The notes under the pieces were generated by a model that ran no database searches, had not been told where the DNA came from, and saw only the letters and a list, made by a program, of their open reading frames with translations. A stretch of DNA of 64,000 nt from Escherichia coli (lineage in GTDB: Bacteria; Pseudomonadota; Gammaproteobacteria; Enterobacterales; Enterobacteriaceae), in the NCBI RefSeq assembly GCF_003334255.1, contig NZ_QOWU01000024.1; one strand, 5' to 3'. Shown here one piece after another: positions 30,481 to 42,962 of this stretch. Every line of letters starts with the position of its first letter. Position 1 is the stretch's first letter. A program made the position numbers and the translations under genes.

Positions 30481-32046
30481 ATGCTCGACACAAATATGAA
30501 AACTCAACTCAAGGCTTACCTTGAGAAATTGACCAAGCCTGTTGAGTTAATTGCCACGCTGGATGACAGCGCTAAATCGGCAGAAATCAAGGAACTGTTG
30601 GCTGAAATCGCAGAACTGTCAGACAAAGTCACCTTTAAAGAAGATAACAGCTTGCCGGTGCGTAAGCCGTCTTTCCTGATCACCAACCCAGGTTCCAACC
30701 AGGGGCCACGTTTTGCAGGCTCCCCGCTGGGCCACGAGTTCACCTCGCTGGTACTGGCGTTGCTGTGGACCGGTGGTCATCCGTCGAAAGAAGCGCAGTC
30801 TCTGCTGGAGCAGATTCGCCATATTGACGGTGATTTTGAATTCGAAACCTATTACTCGCTCTCTTGCCACAACTGCCCGGACGTGGTGCAGGCGCTGAAC
30901 CTGATGAGCGTACTGAACCCGCGCATCAAGCACACTGCAATTGACGGCGGCACCTTCCAGAACGAAATCACCGATCGCAACGTGATGGGCGTTCCGGCAG
31001 TGTTCGTAAACGGGAAAGAGTTTGGTCAGGGCCGCATGACGTTGACTGAAATCGTTGCCAAAATTGATACTGGCGCGGAAAAACGTGCGGCAGAAGAGCT
31101 GAACAAGCGTGATGCTTATGACGTATTAATCGTCGGTTCCGGCCCGGCGGGTGCAGCGGCAGCAATTTACTCCGCACGTAAAGGCATCCGTACCGGTCTG
31201 ATGGGCGAACGTTTTGGTGGTCAGATCCTCGATACCGTTGATATCGAAAACTACATTTCTGTACCGAAGACTGAAGGGCAGAAGCTGGCAGGCGCACTGA
31301 AAGTTCACGTTGATGAATACGACGTTGATGTGATCGACAGCCAGAGCGCCAGCAAACTGATCCCAGCAGCAGTTGAAGGTGGTCTGCATCAGATTGAAAC
31401 AGCTTCTGGCGCGGTACTGAAAGCACGCAGCATTATCGTGGCGACCGGTGCAAAATGGCGCAACATGAACGTTCCGGGCGAAGATCAGTATCGCACCAAA
31501 GGCGTGACCTACTGCCCGCACTGCGACGGCCCGCTGTTTAAAGGTAAACGCGTAGCGGTTATCGGCGGCGGTAACTCCGGCGTGGAAGCGGCAATTGACC
31601 TGGCGGGTATCGTTGAGCACGTAACGCTGCTGGAATTTGCGCCAGAAATGAAAGCCGACCAGGTTCTGCAGGACAAACTGCGCAGCCTGAAAAACGTCGA
31701 CATTATTCTGAATGCGCAAACCACGGAAGTGAAAGGCGACGGCAGCAAAGTCGTTGGTCTGGAATATCGAGATCGTGTCAGCGGCGATATTCACAACATC
31801 GAACTGGCCGGTATTTTCGTCCAGATTGGTCTGCTGCCGAACACCAACTGGCTCGAAGGCGCAGTCGAACGTAACCGCATGGGCGAGATTATCATTGATG
31901 CGAAATGCGAAACCAACGTGAAAGGCGTGTTCGCAGCGGGTGACTGTACGACGGTTCCGTACAAGCAGATCATCATCGCCACTGGCGAAGGTGCCAAAGC
32001 CTCTCTGAGTGCTTTTGACTACCTGATTCGCACCAAAACTGCATAA
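30481..32046 (+). CDS. ahpF: Alkyl hydroperoxide reductase, flavoprotein subunit F
   Basis: Translation from [17 protein letters not shown] (521 aa); CHNC and CPHCDG redox motifs, FAD GSGPAG motif. Confidence 0.96.
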
Positions 32047-32075
32047 GAAGAAGTAAGATTCACCTGCAATTGCTT

Positions 32076-32108
32076 AGCCGCCGGGGTCAAACCTGGCGGC
32101 TTTTTTAT
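32076..32108 (+). terminator. Rho-independent terminator after ahpF
   Basis: agccgccgggg...cctggcggc followed by ttttttat. Confidence 0.7.
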
Positions 32109-32166
32109 GGCATTAAAAAGCCCCGCCGGGATGGCTCCGGGCAGAGCGGGATACTTATTCTGGCAA

Positions 32167-32595
32167 TTAACGCACAACCAGCACCGGCAGATTGGCGTGG
32201 CGGATCACGCTCGAGGCGTTAGAACCTAACAGATGGGTCGAAATCGATGGGTTGCGAGAACCAATAACTACAACATCAGCCCCCAGTTCTTCTGCCAACT
32301 CATTGACTTCATCCCGCACGCTACCAAAACGGACATGTTGTTTAATGCGGGAAGGATCGATGGTGAAGTGGCTGACCATCGTTTGCAGACGTTCTTGTGC
32401 TTCATGTTGCAGATGCTCTTCAAAACGACGCACATCAGCGGCAAAACGGTGCAGGCTCAGGCTGGCTGACCCGGGTAGTACGTGAAGTAGATGAATAACT
32501 CCGTCATCCTGGGCGAGGAATTCAGCGTGGCGAACAGCTTTGTCGCTCAATTCCATTTCAAATACATCAACTGGCATAATGATTGTCTTATACAT
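32167..32595 (-). CDS. uspG: Universal stress protein G
   Basis: 142 aa [26 protein letters not shown]... recognised as UspG (YbdQ). Confidence 0.92.
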
Positions 32596-32815
32596 AACCC
32601 TTTCTCCCTGTTAATCATGAACAAATCATTCGCCATGATTATAATATTTATCCCTGATATTTGTCTGGTTCTTTTTCCTTACGAACTGTTTCTGTGATGA
32701 ATATATTCTCACTGAACACCAGGAATTCTCCCAAAACCTGTGGTACCGCCCGTTTTCCCGCTGTGATAGCTACCCTTAAAGACTGACTCTTTTTTGAACT
32801 GTCTCTGGAGGTTGC

Positions 32816-34054
32816 ATGAAAGCATTGACTTATCACGGCCCACATCACGTTCAGGTAGAAAATGTTCCCGATCCGGGCGTTGAACAGGCAGATGATATTA
32901 TTCTGCGTATTACGGCAACGGCGATCTGTGGCTCTGACCTCCATCTTTATCGAGGCAAAATACCTCAGGTTAAACATGGCGATATTTTTGGTCATGAATT
33001 TATGGGGGAAGTAGTTGAAACCGGAAAGGACGTAAAAAATTTGCAAAAAGGCGACCGAGTGGTAATTCCGTTCGTCATTGCTTGTGGCGACTGTTTTTTC
33101 TGTCGATTGCAACAATATGCCGCCTGCGAAAATACCAATGCGGGTAAAGGCGCTGCGCTCAATAAAAAACAGATACCAGCTCCAGCGGCATTGTTTGGTT
33201 ATAGTCACCTGTATGGCGGCGTTCCTGGTGGGCAGGCGGAATATGTCCGCGTCCCTAAAGGGAATGTGGGGCCGTTTAAAGTACCGCCTTTGCTTTCAGA
33301 TGATAAAGCGCTTTTCCTTTCTGATATTCTGCCAACGGCATGGCAGGCAGCAAAAAATGCGCAGATCCAACAAGGTTCAAGCGTTGCAGTCTATGGTGCT
33401 GGTCCTGTGGGATTGTTGACAATCGCCTGTGCACGGTTGCTCGGTGCGGAACAGATTTTTGTTGTTGATCATCATCCCTACCGCTTGCATTTCGCCGCCG
33501 ACCGCTACGGCGCGATCCCGATTAATTTTGATGAAGACAGCGATCCGGCACAGTCAATTATTGAACAAACGGCAGGTCACCGGGGCGTGGATGCAGTAAT
33601 AGACGCCGTCGGTTTTGAAGCGAAAGGCAGCACCACGGAAACGGTGCTGACTAACCTGAAACTGGAGGGCAGCAGCGGTAAAGCGTTGCGTCAGTGTATT
33701 GCGGCGGTCAGGCGTGGCGGCATTGTTAGCGTACCGGGCGTCTACGCTGGATTTATTCACGGTTTCCTGTTTGGCGACGCCTTTGATAAAGGGTTGTCGT
33801 TTAAAATGGGACAGACCCACGTTCACGCATGGCTGGGAGAATTATTACCGTTAATTGAGAAAGGATTACTGAAACCAGAAGAAATTGTTACCCACTATAT
33901 GCCGTTTGAAGAGGCCGCCCGGGGATATGAGATTTTCGAAAAACGTGAAGAGGAGTGCCGTAAGGTGATTCTGGTACCCGGTGCACAAAGCGCAGAGGCG
34001 GCGCAGAAGGCGGTTTCAGGTCTGGTGAATGCGATGCCGGGGGGAACAATATGA
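32816..34054 (+). CDS. ybdR: Zn-dependent alcohol dehydrogenase family oxidoreductase
   Basis: 412 aa; GHEFMGEV Zn-binding region and GAGPVGL Rossmann motif; recognised as YbdR. Confidence 0.9.
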
Positions 34055-34284
34055 TCGTCAGGAGTGGTTTTCGAGGTAAAGGACAGCCATGACGATAATC
34101 GCCGCCATAATCAGAAATCCTATCAGGATGTAAAATGCTTCTGCCATGGTTATTCCCACAAACGAAACGGAATAATTTTGCAGCAAAAGTGAACAGTGAG
34201 AACCAGGAAAAATTGCTGATTTTGCGTAAAGAGGATGCGAGTGCATCCTCTGGGCAAAGCGAGTTATCGCTTGTGCAGATGGGA

Positions 34285-34695
34285 TTAAAGCAGGTAGTCG
34301 CCAGCAGCTTCTGGCTGGTATTCGAGTTCCAGCACTTCAAGGTGGGTTGCAACGCCGCCCGGAAGTTCCCAGTGAATGGAATCGCCAACGCGCAGCCCCA
34401 GCAGTGCGGCACCTACCGGAGCCATAACGGAAAGCTGAGTATTGCTATCGGTCATTTTTGCCGGATACACCAGCGTGCGCACACGCACTTCGCCATCGCT
34501 AAGATTGCGGAATTTAACCCGGCTGTTCATTGTCACCACGTCGTGTGGCATCTCTTCTGGCGAACACATTTGGGCGCGATCCAACTCTGCGTTTAACGCG
34601 TCGGCGATTGGCAAACCAGCATAGGCGGGTTGCTCCAGCAGAATATCGATGCGTTCGGCATCCAGGTCGTTAATGATGATAGTTGGTCTGGACAT
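34285..34695 (-). CDS. rnk: Regulator of nucleoside diphosphate kinase (GreA/GreB-like C-terminal domain)
   Basis: 136 aa [22 protein letters not shown]... recognised as Rnk. Confidence 0.92.
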
Positions 34696-34924
34696 TTTTA
34701 CTCCATGTCGTCGGTGCTGCGAGTGTCGCAGATAAACATACCCAAAAGAAAACCCTCACCGTCAGGCGGCGAGGGTTTAACTCACATGATGATACTGACT
34801 GTTGCTCACTCTTTGAAGTGATTTGCGTCACATTCAGGGAATTCCTCAATGCAGCGCATTATGTATAAATCTTAATCGCCTTGGTTTATGGAAGACGAAT
34901 TAGCGTGTTTTGTAAATCAGATGA

Positions 34925-35731
34925 TTAATAACCCGCTTTATCAATCACAAAGGTTTTGCCACAGTTACCTGGGTGAGGTTGTGGCAAGAATGAGTTTGCA
35001 GAAAGCGGAGCGTTGATGGCGTCAGCTTTGATCGAGATCTGAATTTCAGTCAAATACGCAGGGTTACCCTGGCACGTTAGCTTAACTGCTTTCACGTTCT
35101 CTTTTCCCCAGCTTTTGGCAAAGGCGGCGTCAAAGTCACGGCGGCTCACTGTTTTACCGTAATTATCCGCAAGGAATTTTCCGGCTTCGCTCTCTTTAAT
35201 TTCTTGATTCAGGCGTACCATCGTACCGAAGTATGCGTCCGGATCAAAACCAAAGCAGGCACCGTGTTTGGCATATTCGTAGCGTTCCAGGCAGGAACGT
35301 CCGCCAGCTCCTGGCATGACTTCACTTAGTTTAGCGGCCGTTTCCAGTGATAATCCGGTTTCCGGCGATGAACACATTCGGCTGGCGCGCGCTTCTGGTA
35401 GATTCGGGATTGGGCGAGTAGCGCAACCGAAGCGCATCCAGCGGCGTTCATCAACACCACGGGCAGCAACCGATTTAGGCAATCCTGGCCACAGACCATG
35501 TACGGTCAGAAAATCAGCTTTGTTGGTCGTTTCGGTTTGCAGGCGACATTCATCTCGTTCGTTACGATTTCGATCGTGTTGACTCTGGCAAAATCCGGTT
35601 TGCCAGGAGAGGGCCAGGACATAGCGATCAAAATCGCCATACTGTTTTGCCTGCAACGCTAAGGCGTTGGCAGAAGAGAAGGGAAGCAGAGAAACCGCGA
35701 GCAACGCGGCGTTACGCCAGAATGCTTTCAT
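34925..35731 (-). CDS. rna: Periplasmic ribonuclease I (RNase T2 family)
   Basis: Translation from MKAFWRNAALLAVSLLPFSSANA (268 aa); track ORF starts 6 codons upstream. Confidence 0.92.
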   Translation of the reverse strand: MKAFWRNAALLAVSLLPFSSANALALQAKQYGDFDRYVLALSWQTGFCQSQHDRNRNERDECRLQTETTNKADFLTVHGLWPGLPKSVAARGVDERRWMRFGCATRPIPNLPEARASRMCSSPETGLSLETAAKLSEVMPGAGGRSCLERYEYAKHGACFGFDPDAYFGTMVRLNQEIKESEAGKFLADNYGKTVSRRDFDAAFAKSWGKENVKAVKLTCQGNPAYLTEIQISIKADAINAPLSANSFLPQPHPGNCGKTFVIDKAGY

Positions 35732-35780
35732 AATGGGTGTGGAACTCATACATACACTGAATACTATCTATTAAATCATA

Positions 35781-35815
35781 AAAAAGCCCGCCAGGTGGGC
35801 TTACCTGGCGGGCGT
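35781..35815 (-). terminator. Rho-independent terminator downstream of citT (minus strand)
   Basis: gcccgccaggtgggcttacctggcgggc hairpin; on the minus strand it is followed by a T-run (ttttttatgattt). Confidence 0.7.
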
Positions 35816-35844
35816 GATGATTTATTCAGCGTTTGGCGAACGTA

Positions 35845-37308
35845 TTAGTTCCACATGGCGAGAATCGGCCAGCCAACCAACAGCAACATAGAGATGTAAA
35901 TCACCCCGAAGATTGCGCCAAGACGCCAGTAATCTTTTGATTTCACATAGCCACAGCCGTAAATAATCACCCCAGGACCGGTTGCATACGGCGTCAGACA
36001 GCCCATGATACCGATAGACAGCACCAGCAGGATACACAGTTGTTCCATTGGTACGCCCGGAATACCTTTACCGACGGCCAGAATAACCGGCAGCATGGTT
36101 GCGGTGTGCGCAGACAGGCTGGCAAACAGGTAGTGTGCAAAGTAGAACACCAGAACCAGTACAATCACCGTTGCGTTTGGTGAGAATCCTTCCAGGTGCG
36201 TACTCATGGTACCGGCGAACCAGTCAATAAAACCAGAACGAGTCAGGCCGTTAGCCATCACAACCAGAGTTGCCAGGTTGACCAGTGTGTTCCATGCGCT
36301 GTTATAGCGGGTAATGTCTTTCCAAGGCACAACGTGCAGGGCCAGCATTAGCGAAACTGCCAGCAGACCAACCGCAGTAGCATTAATGACTTCACTGCCA
36401 AATACCCACAAACCTAAGCTGAGCAATACAAGGCCAATCAGTGTCCACTCTCTGCGTGTCAGCGCACCCATGGTTTTCAGTTCATCACCCGCCCAGGTTG
36501 CCACTTCTTCACTGTGTGTGATTTCCGGTTTGTACAGCACGTAGGAAAGCCACGGCGCAATGATAAGCAAGATAACCCCAACCGGCAGGAAGCAGAGGAA
36601 CCACTGCAACCAGCTAATCTGGATACCGGCAATTTTGCTGACGAACTCCAGACCCAGCACGTTTGGTGCCGCACCGGTGACAAACATGGACGAACTCAGA
36701 CTGGTACTAATGACCATCATCCACATCAAATAGCCGCCAATACGACGCGCGGACGGATCGTTCGGGAATGATTTAAACAACGGCGGCAGGTTTTTAATGA
36801 CCGGAAAAACCGTACCCCCGGTACGCGCGGTGTTGGAAGGTGTAAACGGTGCCAGCAGAATGTCGATAATGACAATCGCATAACCCAACGTCAGCGTGCG
36901 TTTGCCCATGAATTTCACCAGGAAAAGGGCAATGCGACGACCTAACCCGGAAACTTCATACCCTAATGCAAAAATAAATGCGCCAAATACCAGCCATACC
37001 GTGGTGCTGGAAAAACCAGCCAGGCCCCATTTCAGCGCCTGTTTTTGCGCATTAAACGCTGGGTCAGCTAATTCTTTGGCATCAAAGAGCAGGTAATTAC
37101 TGCCAATAACGCAAATAGTAACCGCAATAAAACTGATCGCTGTTGCCGGAATTGGCTCGAGGATCATGCCGACAATCATTGCCACAAACACAGCGAAGTA
37201 ATGCCATGCCTGCGGCGGCATACCGTCGGGGACAGGGATAAGAAACATGACACCCATCACCACCAGTGGGGCCAATAGTTTCCATATATTATCTTTTGCT
37301 AAAGACAT
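35845..37308 (-). CDS. citT: Citrate:succinate antiporter
   Basis: 487 aa polytopic membrane protein recognised as CitT. Confidence 0.93.
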   Translation of the reverse strand: MSLAKDNIWKLLAPLVVMGVMFLIPVPDGMPPQAWHYFAVFVAMIVGMILEPIPATAISFIAVTICVIGSNYLLFDAKELADPAFNAQKQALKWGLAGFSSTTVWLVFGAFIFALGYEVSGLGRRIALFLVKFMGKRTLTLGYAIVIIDILLAPFTPSNTARTGGTVFPVIKNLPPLFKSFPNDPSARRIGGYLMWMMVISTSLSSSMFVTGAAPNVLGLEFVSKIAGIQISWLQWFLCFLPVGVILLIIAPWLSYVLYKPEITHSEEVATWAGDELKTMGALTRREWTLIGLVLLSLGLWVFGSEVINATAVGLLAVSLMLALHVVPWKDITRYNSAWNTLVNLATLVVMANGLTRSGFIDWFAGTMSTHLEGFSPNATVIVLVLVFYFAHYLFASLSAHTATMLPVILAVGKGIPGVPMEQLCILLVLSIGIMGCLTPYATGPGVIIYGCGYVKSKDYWRLGAIFGVIYISMLLLVGWPILAMWN

Positions 37309-37358
37309 ACGGGTTCTCCGAAAATTAATATTTCCAAATTTATCAAGTGCTTAAATAA

Positions 37359-38763
<1,405 letters not shown>

Positions 38764-38766
38764 GGC

Positions 38767-40299
38767 TTATTCCTTCACCTGATGCACAACATCGATCACC
38801 GAGCCATCGCGGTAACGCACAACGGCAACGACGCGGTCTGTGAATTCAATCGGCTGTGGTTCACCGGTCAGCAGACGCGCACGTTCGCGCAGCCACTCAA
38901 TGGAAACCACTTTAATGCCCGCTTCCTGCAGACGTTCTGCCAGTTCCGGACGTGCCGGGTTAACTGCGATACCGTGGTCTGTGACCAGAATATCGACACT
39001 GGAGCCTGGGGTGATGCAGGTCAGTACGTTATCCACCAGAGTCGGAATACGACCGCGTACCAGCGGCGCGACGATGATGGAAAGCGCAGAGGCAATCGCG
39101 GTATCGCAGTGACCACCGGAAGCACCACGCAGTACGCCGTCAGAGCCGGTCAGCACGTTAACGTTGAACTGGGTGTCAATTTCCAGCGCGCTCAGTACCA
39201 CCACGTCGAGACGATCAACCGATGCGCCTTTCGAACCCCAGTTAGCGTACTGGTTGGCGCTGATTTCGATGTGATTGGGGTTACGGGCCAGCGATTGCGC
39301 AGCATGGCTGTCAAAGCTCTGCACATCCAGCAGTTTGCGGATCAGACCTTTTTCGTGCAGGTCAACCATCGTCGCGGTAATACCGCCAAGGGCGAAGTCG
39401 GCGCGAATATCGCGGCTACGCATTTTGTCTTCCAGGAAACGGGTTACCGCCAGCGATGCGCCGCCGGTGCCGGTTTGCATGGAGAAACCTTCTTTGAAGT
39501 AGCCAGAGTTGACAATCACATCCGCAGCGCTACGGGCAATAAGCAGTTCGCGCGGGTTAGTGGTCATACGGGTCGCGCCAGCGCCGATTTTTGCAGCATC
39601 GCCAACGCGGTCAACTTTGACGATCAAATCAACCTGATCTTGCTCAATGCTTGCCGGATTATGCGGATAAGGCAGCAGTTCTTCGGTAAGCATCACGACC
39701 TGTTTTGCGTTGTCGGCATCAACCATTGCATAGCCGAGGGAGCCGCAGCAGGCTTTACCGGTGTAGCCGTTGGCATTACCGAATTCATCACAGGACGGGA
39801 CGCCGAGGAAAGCCACGTCGATATTCAGTTCGCCGCTCTGTACCAGATGCACACGACCGCCGTGAGAGTGGATCTGCACCGGTTCTGCCAGCAGACCACG
39901 GGAGATCTCTTCCGCCAGTGGACCACGCAGGCCGGAGGTATAAATGCGGGTAACCACGCCCTGGCGAATGTGTTCTACCAGCGGCGCATGGCAATCACTC
40001 AGGGAGCTGGACGCCAGGGTCAGGTTTTTAAAGCCCATCTTCGCGATGACGTCCATCACCATATTGACGGTCAGGTCACCGCCACGGAAAGCGTGATGGA
40101 AGGAAACCGTCATGCCGTCCTGTAAACCAGAGCGACGAATCGCTTCTTCCAGGTTGGCGCACAGTTTGCGATCGCGCGCTTTTTCAGCCTGGTAGGTTTG
40201 CTTTGGCGAGTTCTGGAAAGCGGCAAGATCGCATTCAGCGCGACGATTCCAGGCCGCTACCCGTTCTTGTCGTTGAGATTGTTCAATTTTCTGCGTCAT
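38767..40299 (-). CDS. citF: Citrate lyase alpha subunit (citrate CoA-transferase)
   Basis: Translation from MTQKIEQSQRQERVAAW (510 aa); track ORF starts 14 codons upstream. Confidence 0.93.
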   Translation of the reverse strand: MTQKIEQSQRQERVAAWNRRAECDLAAFQNSPKQTYQAEKARDRKLCANLEEAIRRSGLQDGMTVSFHHAFRGGDLTVNMVMDVIAKMGFKNLTLASSSLSDCHAPLVEHIRQGVVTRIYTSGLRGPLAEEISRGLLAEPVQIHSHGGRVHLVQSGELNIDVAFLGVPSCDEFGNANGYTGKACCGSLGYAMVDADNAKQVVMLTEELLPYPHNPASIEQDQVDLIVKVDRVGDAAKIGAGATRMTTNPRELLIARSAADVIVNSGYFKEGFSMQTGTGGASLAVTRFLEDKMRSRDIRADFALGGITATMVDLHEKGLIRKLLDVQSFDSHAAQSLARNPNHIEISANQYANWGSKGASVDRLDVVVLSALEIDTQFNVNVLTGSDGVLRGASGGHCDTAIASALSIIVAPLVRGRIPTLVDNVLTCITPGSSVDILVTDHGIAVNPARPELAERLQEAGIKVVSIEWLRERARLLTGEPQPIEFTDRVVAVVRYRDGSVIDVVHQVKE

Positions 40300-40309
40300 T
40301 TTGATTGCC

Positions 40310-41218
40310 TTATTCTTCGCGGATGCCGGAAAGTTCTGCACGGGAGAGCACCAGACGGGCGCGATCGATAACCGGACCGTCCACCATCTTGCCGTTCAGG
40401 GAAACCACGCCGAGGCCTTCGCGAGCGGCGGCTTCAGCGGCTTCTACGACGCGGCGGGCGTGATCCACTTCTTTCTGGGTCGGTGCGTAGAGGTTGTGCA
40501 GCAGATCAATCTGACGCGGGTTGATCAGCGATTTGCCGTCAAAGCCCAGCTGTTTGATGTGGGCGGCTTCTTGCAGAAATCCGGCTTCGTTGTTAGCGTC
40601 GGAATAGACGGTATCGAACGCCTGAATACCCGCAGAGCGCGCGGCCTGCAAAATGGAACAGCGTGCGAACAGCAGTTCAGTTCCTTCCGGGGAGCGTTCT
40701 GTACGCAGGTTGCGCACATAGTCTTCTGCACCGAGGGCGATACCGATCAAACGCTCGGAAGCGTGAGCGATTTCCACTGCGCGGGTAATCCCCAGCGGAG
40801 ATTCAATCGCCGCCAGCAGGCCGGTGCTGCCGGGTTCACGACCACAGGCTTTTTCGATACGCAGGATCTCTTTTTCAATATCCAGAACATCCTGAGCGGT
40901 ATCGGTTTTCGGCAGACGCACAACGTCCGCACCACCGCGAACGACGGCTTCCAGGTCGTTAACACCCCATTCGGAATCCAGCGCGTTGACACGCACAATG
41001 GTTTCAATATCGCGATACAGCGGATGTTGCAGCGCGTGGTAAACCATGCGGCGGGCGGTGTCTTTTTCACGCAATGCTACGGAGTCTTCGAGGTCAAACA
41101 TCAGGGCATCAGCCGGGTAGATGAAGGAGTTGCTGACCATCGCGGCATTGGCACCAGGCACAAACAACATGCTGCGGCGGGTGCGAGTTTTACGTTGTTG
41201 CAGCGAAGCGGAAATCAT
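40310..41218 (-). CDS. citE: Citrate lyase beta subunit (citryl-CoA lyase)
   Basis: Translation from [22 protein letters not shown] (302 aa). Confidence 0.93.
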
Positions 41219-41511
41219 TGGCAATCCTCCCATGGCAGAGCCGGGATACCGCTGGCGCGTGCCAGCAGGGCTTCCAGTCGTGCACGTAAAATGCAGTCCA
41301 GTGCGCCTTTGTCATCGACATTCAGCTGTACGCCGCGCACGTTGTAGCGGGCGAGAACGTCCAGAATGGTGGTGCGAATTGCATCGCCAAACTGTTTCTC
41401 AACGCTGCTATTGATTTGCAGGTCGATATCCTGCGTATCGAGTGGGGCGATGCGTATCATCACATCCCCAGACTCAAGGGTGCCTGCAACGGCGGGCTGG
41501 TTTATTTTCAT
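41215..41511 (-). CDS. citD: Citrate lyase acyl carrier protein (gamma subunit)
   Basis: 98 aa [24 protein letters not shown]...; 4-nt overlap with citE. Confidence 0.93.
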
Positions 41512-41525
41512 TTTTCACCTGTTTC

Positions 41526-42584
41526 TCATGCGGGGGTCTTTTGACGAGCTGCCGCGTCCTGGCGGGAGTGCTCAAGCAGGTTCTGCAAATAATGCAGCGT
41601 GACTGCAGGGACCAGCGGCGCGATAGCCGTGAGATCGTTTTTCGCCAGCAGTTGACGTACCCGGGAAGCGGATATCGGCATCTCCTGGTAACGCAGCCGC
41701 TCAATTTCAACCAGTTCGATGGGCGGTGCGGAGATAGTCGGCGTTTCCAGCCAGTAGCGCATATCCTGGTTGTACTGGGCGGTAACGCGACAAAAGGGTT
41801 CAGTACCGACAAAGCGGTGAGTTACACCCAGCGCGGGAGCGAGGTACTGACGGAAAATCTTCAGATCAATTTCGGTGTAACAATGGTTAATGACGCTCTG
41901 TTCTTTAATGAAGTAGCAAGGGAACGTAGCGCGGGAGATGATGTATTCGGAGCCACGATGCACAGTCAGGCGTGGAATATCGGCGGTGCCTTTTAACACC
42001 AAATCCAGCCGGTCTTCATAGGGGAAGCGTGAAGAATCTTCTTTGACTAAAAACAGATGCAACCAGTCGCACTGTGCCGCAGCCTGTTGAATCAGATAAC
42101 GGTGACCATTCGTAAAGGGATTGGCGTTCATCACAATGCAGCCAATCTTGTTCCCTGGATGACGAAATTTTTTCAGCGATTCGGCATAGCGTTTCAGTCG
42201 CGTGGCGCTGTTTTCCATCAGCACCATCACGCCGGGTACGCTGGTCAGCGTGGAAAAACCGCACTGGCGGAACAGCGCCTCGTATTCGGTTTTGGTATAA
42301 ATAAACAGATGCGTGCTGTGCCGCTCATAGGCGAGGTTTATCAATTCAGTGGCTAATGTCAGCGCCAGTCCTTCACCGCGGACGGATTCACTGATAGCAA
42401 CGCATTTAATAATATTTCCGGCAATTCCACCGCACGCGATAAGCTTTTCATCGCGGGTTACGGTAATAAATACTTCGACTGTGGTGTCAACGCTCAAATC
42501 ATTTTCATGCAGGAATTGGGCGATTTCCGCCATTTTTTTATTTTCTGAACGTTTTACGCGGGTGAAAATATCATTGCCGAACAT
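41526..42584 (-). CDS. citC: [Citrate (pro-3S)-lyase] ligase
   Basis: Translation from MFGNDIFTRVKRSENKKMAEIAQF (352 aa); track ORF extends 29 codons upstream into the AT-rich control region. Confidence 0.9.
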   Translation of the reverse strand: MFGNDIFTRVKRSENKKMAEIAQFLHENDLSVDTTVEVFITVTRDEKLIACGGIAGNIIKCVAISESVRGEGLALTLATELINLAYERHSTHLFIYTKTEYEALFRQCGFSTLTSVPGVMVLMENSATRLKRYAESLKKFRHPGNKIGCIVMNANPFTNGHRYLIQQAAAQCDWLHLFLVKEDSSRFPYEDRLDLVLKGTADIPRLTVHRGSEYIISRATFPCYFIKEQSVINHCYTEIDLKIFRQYLAPALGVTHRFVGTEPFCRVTAQYNQDMRYWLETPTISAPPIELVEIERLRYQEMPISASRVRQLLAKNDLTAIAPLVPAVTLHYLQNLLEHSRQDAAARQKTPA

Positions 42585-42962
42585 AATAAATAGTATCCTG
42601 AAGGTGCATGTTGTTATCGATTTGCAACGAATGTTGTTCAATGTTGCAAACTGATAACCTTTTATTTTCACTTGGGAGAAAGGGGGTGATCGAGGTATAT
42701 CTTTTTCTCCTTTCGCTATACATCCTAAGGAGTATTTCGGCGTGAAATTTTGATTTATTTCACATAGAGTTAGTGGTTTTTTATTTATTTAATGATTTTA
42801 AGTTTTTTAATTAATGTAATTACGAAATGACTCGCAGGTTTAAGTGATTTAATTGATTTAATGAATAAAATTTGCCACGATCATAATTAATATCTATGTA
42901 TTTTGATTCAACATTTTAATTACATCCGTCAAAGAGGCTCGGGACAACCCGCAAGGAAAACA
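42585..42962. promoter_or_regulatory. Divergent citCDEFXGT / citAB control region (expected DpiA/CitB target region)
   Basis: AT-rich 378 bp between divergent operons; tandem direct repeat TGATTTAAT x2 at 42845-42862; inverted repeat GTGAAAT-N9-ATTTCAC at 42742-42764. Confidence 0.5.

Noticed and set aside
31126-31794. 222-aa ORF on the minus strand
   Set aside because: Antisense to ahpF; shadow ORF.
32110-32166. Second hairpin (gccccgccggg...ccgggc) downstream of uspG
   Set aside because: Could be a minus-strand terminator for uspG, but the stem is imperfect and lacks a clear T-run on the minus strand; not reported as a feature.
40301-41347. 348-aa ORF on the plus strand
   Set aside because: Antisense to citE/citD; shadow ORF.
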